This document shows, piece by piece, positions 60,468 to 64,000 of a DNA stretch of 64,000 nucleotides. Source of the stretch: Nitrosopumilus sp. (GTDB taxonomy: Archaea > Thermoproteota > Nitrososphaeria > Nitrososphaerales > Nitrosopumilaceae); the NCBI GenBank assembly GCA_965219345.1, contig OZ244732.1, positions 640,001 to 704,000 on the forward strand, written 5' to 3'. The notes beneath the pieces are model-generated. The model saw only the letters and a list, made by a program, of their open reading frames with translations. It was not told the DNA's origin and did not search any database. The stretch's first letter is position 1. Every line of letters begins with the position of its first letter. The position numbers and the translations under genes are program-made.

Positions 60468-62192
60468 TTGTTGTACCACAAGTTTGCATTATTCATTATG
60501 ATTATTGGTATTTTTACAGTTCCAGCTATTATTCCAAATGCATTTGGGCATGGACTTGGAGGAGATCAAGCACCACCTCTAACGTTTGGTGACATGGAAG
60601 TAACTGTACGAACACAACTGAGTCCATCTCATATTACAGTAGGAGAAGTTGGTTCTGTTAACATGCAAATACGTTTCTTTGATACAATAACTGATGAGAA
60701 TCTTGACAAAGTAACATACAGAGTAGAACTATGGCAAAGTGGCGAACTTTTAGCTAGAAATTTGTTTTATGACCCAGATGGAAGATTGGATGTTAAAATA
60801 AAACCAATATCCGGGTGTGATGAATTTAATCTTATAACCTGTACAGATTATTTTGGTTCTGAACATGTTAGTGCACCTGGTGCTCTATACGTACAAGGAC
60901 CTGCATGTACTGATGATAATTTAGATATTTGTGGAAGAGCAACAATTCAGGGCCCAATATTTGTAAAAGGTGGTTTATACAAAATTACCATTGATATTGA
61001 AGCTGCTACTAGTCCAAGAACTGTACTTCTGGAAAGACTAACTTATGATACTTTTGTTAGCATTGCACAGGAACAAGACTTTTTTTTCCAGACTGCAAAC
61101 GCTGAAGAAATTCCAGTTGTAATAAAAACATACTATGATGATGTTGATAACTTCAAATTTGATCAATCAGATAATGCAATTTCATTTGACATGCCATTTG
61201 ATTGGAGTCTAGATTATGTTGATTTGGTATATGTAGTACATGAAGAAGTCAGAGTTCCAAAAACATTTGCACCTTACGCAGAAGGAACACAATTCAAAGG
61301 ATATGTTAATGGTGTAGAAATTGATCAGCGAGCATTACTTAATGATCCTTATTCGTATGAAGATACAAATACTGTCCATTTTCTAATTTTAAAAAGTGAA
61401 TTACAAAAAATCAATGAAGCACTAGGACCAAGTAATTACGATAACAAAAAAATGAACTTAAAATTAGTTCCACTAGGCGAAGTATCAAAAAGTTCAACTG
61501 AATTTTATCTTGTTGATACTACAAACTACGAACAAGTTCCAACAACTGTGAATATTTCATGGGATGGAAATTATGGTGCAGGTGATCAAGTACCTTTTGA
61601 AATTACATTCTTTGATGAAAACAGAGATCTCATTAGAGACATGAGATACGCAATTTCATTTATTGATGAAAATGATCAAGAATTAGAAAGATTCTCAGGA
61701 GATGATCCACAAAATCCCGGTATTATTGCTACAGAAGGAATTGATATTCAAACAATCCGAATTCCATCACAAGGACAATACAGAATTGATATTCTAGCTT
61801 ATGGAACGGGATTAGACTATAATCCAAAGTATGCAGGAATTGGTTCAGGAATCATTGAGATTGGTCCAAGTCTTCCAAAAACTACAACAACACCAACACC
61901 AGATGTGCAATCACCTACTATAGTTCCATCATGGATTAAAAATAATGCAGGCTGGTGGGCAGATGGAACTATTGATGATGCCTCCTTTGTTCAAGGAATT
62001 CAATTCTTAATCAAAGAAGGTGTTCTAAAGATTCCTCCAACTACACAGGGAACTGGTTCTAGTTCAAATGAAATTCCATCATGGATTAAAAATAATGCAG
62101 GCTGGTGGGCAGATGGAACTATTGATGATGCCTCCTTTGTTCAAGGAATTCAATTCTTAATCAAAGAAGGAATTATGAGGATTCAATCATAG
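60468..62192 (+). CDS. Secreted HGLG-type surface protein with two [11 protein letters not shown] repeats
   Basis: AFG|HGLGG; shares FDMPFDW, VH.EV and GY.NGVE motifs with 49907..51280. Confidence 0.8.
   Translation: MLYHKFALFIMIIGIFTVPAIIPNAFGHGLGGDQAPPLTFGDMEVTVRTQLSPSHITVGEVGSVNMQIRFFDTITDENLDKVTYRVELWQSGELLARNLFYDPDGRLDVKIKPISGCDEFNLITCTDYFGSEHVSAPGALYVQGPACTDDNLDICGRATIQGPIFVKGGLYKITIDIEAATSPRTVLLERLTYDTFVSIAQEQDFFFQTANAEEIPVVIKTYYDDVDNFKFDQSDNAISFDMPFDWSLDYVDLVYVVHEEVRVPKTFAPYAEGTQFKGYVNGVEIDQRALLNDPYSYEDTNTVHFLILKSELQKINEALGPSNYDNKKMNLKLVPLGEVSKSSTEFYLVDTTNYEQVPTTVNISWDGNYGAGDQVPFEITFFDENRDLIRDMRYAISFIDENDQELERFSGDDPQNPGIIATEGIDIQTIRIPSQGQYRIDILAYGTGLDYNPKYAGIGSGIIEIGPSLPKTTTTPTPDVQSPTIVPSWIKNNAGWWADGTIDDASFVQGIQFLIKEGVLKIPPTTQGTGSSSNEIPSWIKNNAGWWADGTIDDASFVQGIQFLIKEGIMRIQS
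61924..62170 (+). repeat. Identical 97 bp direct repeat (61924-62020 and 62074-62170)
   Basis: Encodes [32 protein letters not shown] twice with no nucleotide differences seen. Confidence 0.9.
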
Positions 62193-62225
62193 GTTTTTAA
62201 ATCAATTCTATAAAGTGATAGTATA

Positions 62226-62432
62226 ATGAAAGACATCAATGATATCATGCCTAAAGTCCCAAACATGAGATGGGGAGCATTAATGAACAAATCACCAACT
62301 CACGATAAAGTTGAAGAAATGAACAAAATTTTTCCAAGTAATGGTAAATGGCATACAGTCTTTGAAGAAAAAGATCTAATTACAATTGATGGAAAGCAGA
62401 TCCGTAAAAAAGATCCCACTAAGTGGACATAG
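62226..62432 (+). CDS. Conserved hypothetical protein (68 aa)
   Basis: Intact ORF with upstream TATA-like sequence; GKWHTVFE. Confidence 0.65.
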   Translation: MKDINDIMPKVPNMRWGALMNKSPTHDKVEEMNKIFPSNGKWHTVFEEKDLITIDGKQIRKKDPTKWT

Positions 62433-62477
62433 ATTGAATAATGTTATTATACGATTTTCATCAAAGCTAAACAGCCT

Positions 62478-63254
62478 ATGTTTCCATTACGTGATGAAAA
62501 TCCACATCCTCCAGGTTTCAAACCAAAAGTAACTATAGCATTAATTATTGTCAATGCAATTGTATTTTTTATTGAAGTAACAATTACTGGACAGTTTTTT
62601 GATTTTACAAATCAGAATGCATTTACAATGTTTTACGATTGGGGTGCAGTTCCAAATTGTGTGACTGGTGCAACTTTTTCTACAATAGACTTTGGTTCAG
62701 GACCTGTTAAAATTTTATGTCCTGGTACTCCATACATCTCTTTGATTAGTTCAACCTTCATGCATGGCGGCCTACTTCATTTTGCTGGTAACATGTGGTT
62801 CTTGTGGATCTTTGGTGACAACATTGAACAAAAGTTTGGAAAAGCAAAGTTTCTTGGAATTTATCTAATGTGGGGAGTAGCTGCAGGATTAATTCACATC
62901 TATGGCGATGCAAGCAGTGTTGTTCCTGCAGTAGGTGCATCTGGTGCAATTTCTGGAGTGTTAGGTGCTTATCTTGTAATTTTCCCAAAAGCAAGAATTC
63001 AAACTTTCTTGATGATGGGATTCTTTTGGAGAATGATGCATATTCAGGCTCGATGGTTCTTGCCCTTCTGGTTGATCTTTCAGAACTTACTTCCCTTCTT
63101 CATAGGAGGATTTGGTATTGCGGGTGGAGGAGTTGCGTATCTTGCTCATATTGGTGGATTTGCAGTGGGTTTAGCAACTGGTTACATTTACAAAAAAACA
63201 CATAGTACTGATACCATGTATGGCACAAGATACGGCTATAGACCAGATTATTGA
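62478..63254 (+). CDS. Rhomboid intramembrane serine protease
   Basis: HGGLLHFAGNM, GASG (Ser) and AHIGG (His) motifs. Confidence 0.93.
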   Translation: MFPLRDENPHPPGFKPKVTIALIIVNAIVFFIEVTITGQFFDFTNQNAFTMFYDWGAVPNCVTGATFSTIDFGSGPVKILCPGTPYISLISSTFMHGGLLHFAGNMWFLWIFGDNIEQKFGKAKFLGIYLMWGVAAGLIHIYGDASSVVPAVGASGAISGVLGAYLVIFPKARIQTFLMMGFFWRMMHIQARWFLPFWLIFQNLLPFFIGGFGIAGGGVAYLAHIGGFAVGLATGYIYKKTHSTDTMYGTRYGYRPDY

Positions 63255-63287
63255 AAGCATAAATCACCGAGTCTGTTTGAAAATGTC

Positions 63288-63464
63288 ATGCCTTTGATTA
63301 CAGTGTCAATGTATCCTGGTAGAACACAGGAACAAAAAGACGAATTTGCAAGAGCAATCACAAAATCAGCAGTAGAGATTCTCAAAACAAAAGAAAATCA
63401 TGTAATTGTTGTTTTTGAAGACAATCCCAAAGAAAATTGGTTTTTAGCAGGAAACCAACTTTAA
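63288..63464 (+). CDS. 4-oxalocrotonate tautomerase family protein
   Basis: MPLITVSMYPGRTQEQKDEFARAITKS...ENWFLAG; catalytic Pro1; below the ORF-track cutoff. Confidence 0.88.
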   Translation: MPLITVSMYPGRTQEQKDEFARAITKSAVEILKTKENHVIVVFEDNPKENWFLAGNQL

Positions 63465-63671
63465 TTATTTTTAAAATTGCTATTGCACAAACTTTACTTC
63501 CTATAACTGGACAGAAAGTGTCCATATAGATGTCTAATCAACTAAAAATCTGTTTTATTCAGAACTAAATGCTCCATTATGCGTGCGGTATTTGGAACAT
63601 TTTGGGCTTTTTTGAACATGTTCTGAGCTATTTTATTTCTGAACATTTGCCCTGTACTAGCGGTCAATTTG

Positions 63672-63999
63672 TTACAAAGTCAATTTGGAGCTTTTTTGTG
63701 ACTGACAATTATACATTTTTTGTTGTAAATCGTGTGTATGCTCGTGATCTTTTTGCAGTTGGAGCAAATTGAAACAAAATAATGCTCTGAACAGTATCAA
63801 GATTCTAATTTTTCTTCTTCAGTTTAATCAAGTAAATCGGTTTGGAACCTTTTTTGTAAAAGGCATGTCTGTGAATCTCAACTGACTGGATAATTTTGTT
63901 TTTGAAATACTCTACATGTGCAGTCTTGTCTGCAGTCAGAATATCACATTTGTATCTGCTGGCATAAGCGCCAATTTTCTTATCGGGAACATCCTGTGG
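63672..63999 (-). CDS. Partial ORF, possibly PIN-like (starts beyond the window)
   Basis: PQDVPDKKIGAYASRYKCDILTADK resembles the D..I...A......LT.D PIN pattern. Confidence 0.35.
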
Positions 64000-64000
64000 A

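Noticed and set aside
11584-63772. Many short ORF-track entries overlapping core genes (e.g. 19420..19857, 26486..26926, 38761..39159, 63569..63772)
   Set aside because: Antisense or alternate-frame shadows without motifs.
1-64000. tRNA or rRNA genes
   Set aside because: No GC-rich cloverleaf-like or rRNA-like segment was seen in intergenic regions; a covariance-model scan would be needed to exclude small ncRNAs.

Overview
AT-rich archaeal chromosome segment whose gene content indicates a Nitrosopumilus-like ammonia-oxidising thaumarchaeote. Core genes include egsA, psmB, aCPSF1, sepF, the pok/pps/panB/coaBC CoA cluster, tmk/HD/pyrH, an Amt transporter, a split A-type ATP synthase locus and pyrBI. 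There are two accessory regions. (1) A decaying ~8 kb island (about 2584-10584) between a class V aminotransferase and an FKBP PPIase. It carries a broken tyrosine integrase interrupted by a perfect 36 bp repeat / 36 bp insert / 36 bp repeat that resembles an off-target CRISPR spacer acquisition. It also holds an intact membrane-anchored HNH nuclease with an external Cys-rich domain, a HAD hydrolase, a ~1.4 kb high-GC foreign insert and several pseudogene fragments. (2) A metal/copper surface-protein cluster (about 49.9-63.3 kb) with a NikR-like regulator, ZnuABC-type transporter, CopC-CopD fusion, cupredoxins, PEFG-CTERM and CFI-box-CTERM anchors, a ~515 bp direct repeat and a Met/Glu-rich tandem repeat. 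I also found several microproteins missing from the ORF track and two genes lacking a canonical start codon. No rRNA, tRNA or true CRISPR-cas locus was recognised. All calls come from reading the sequence and recalled motifs; no searches were run.
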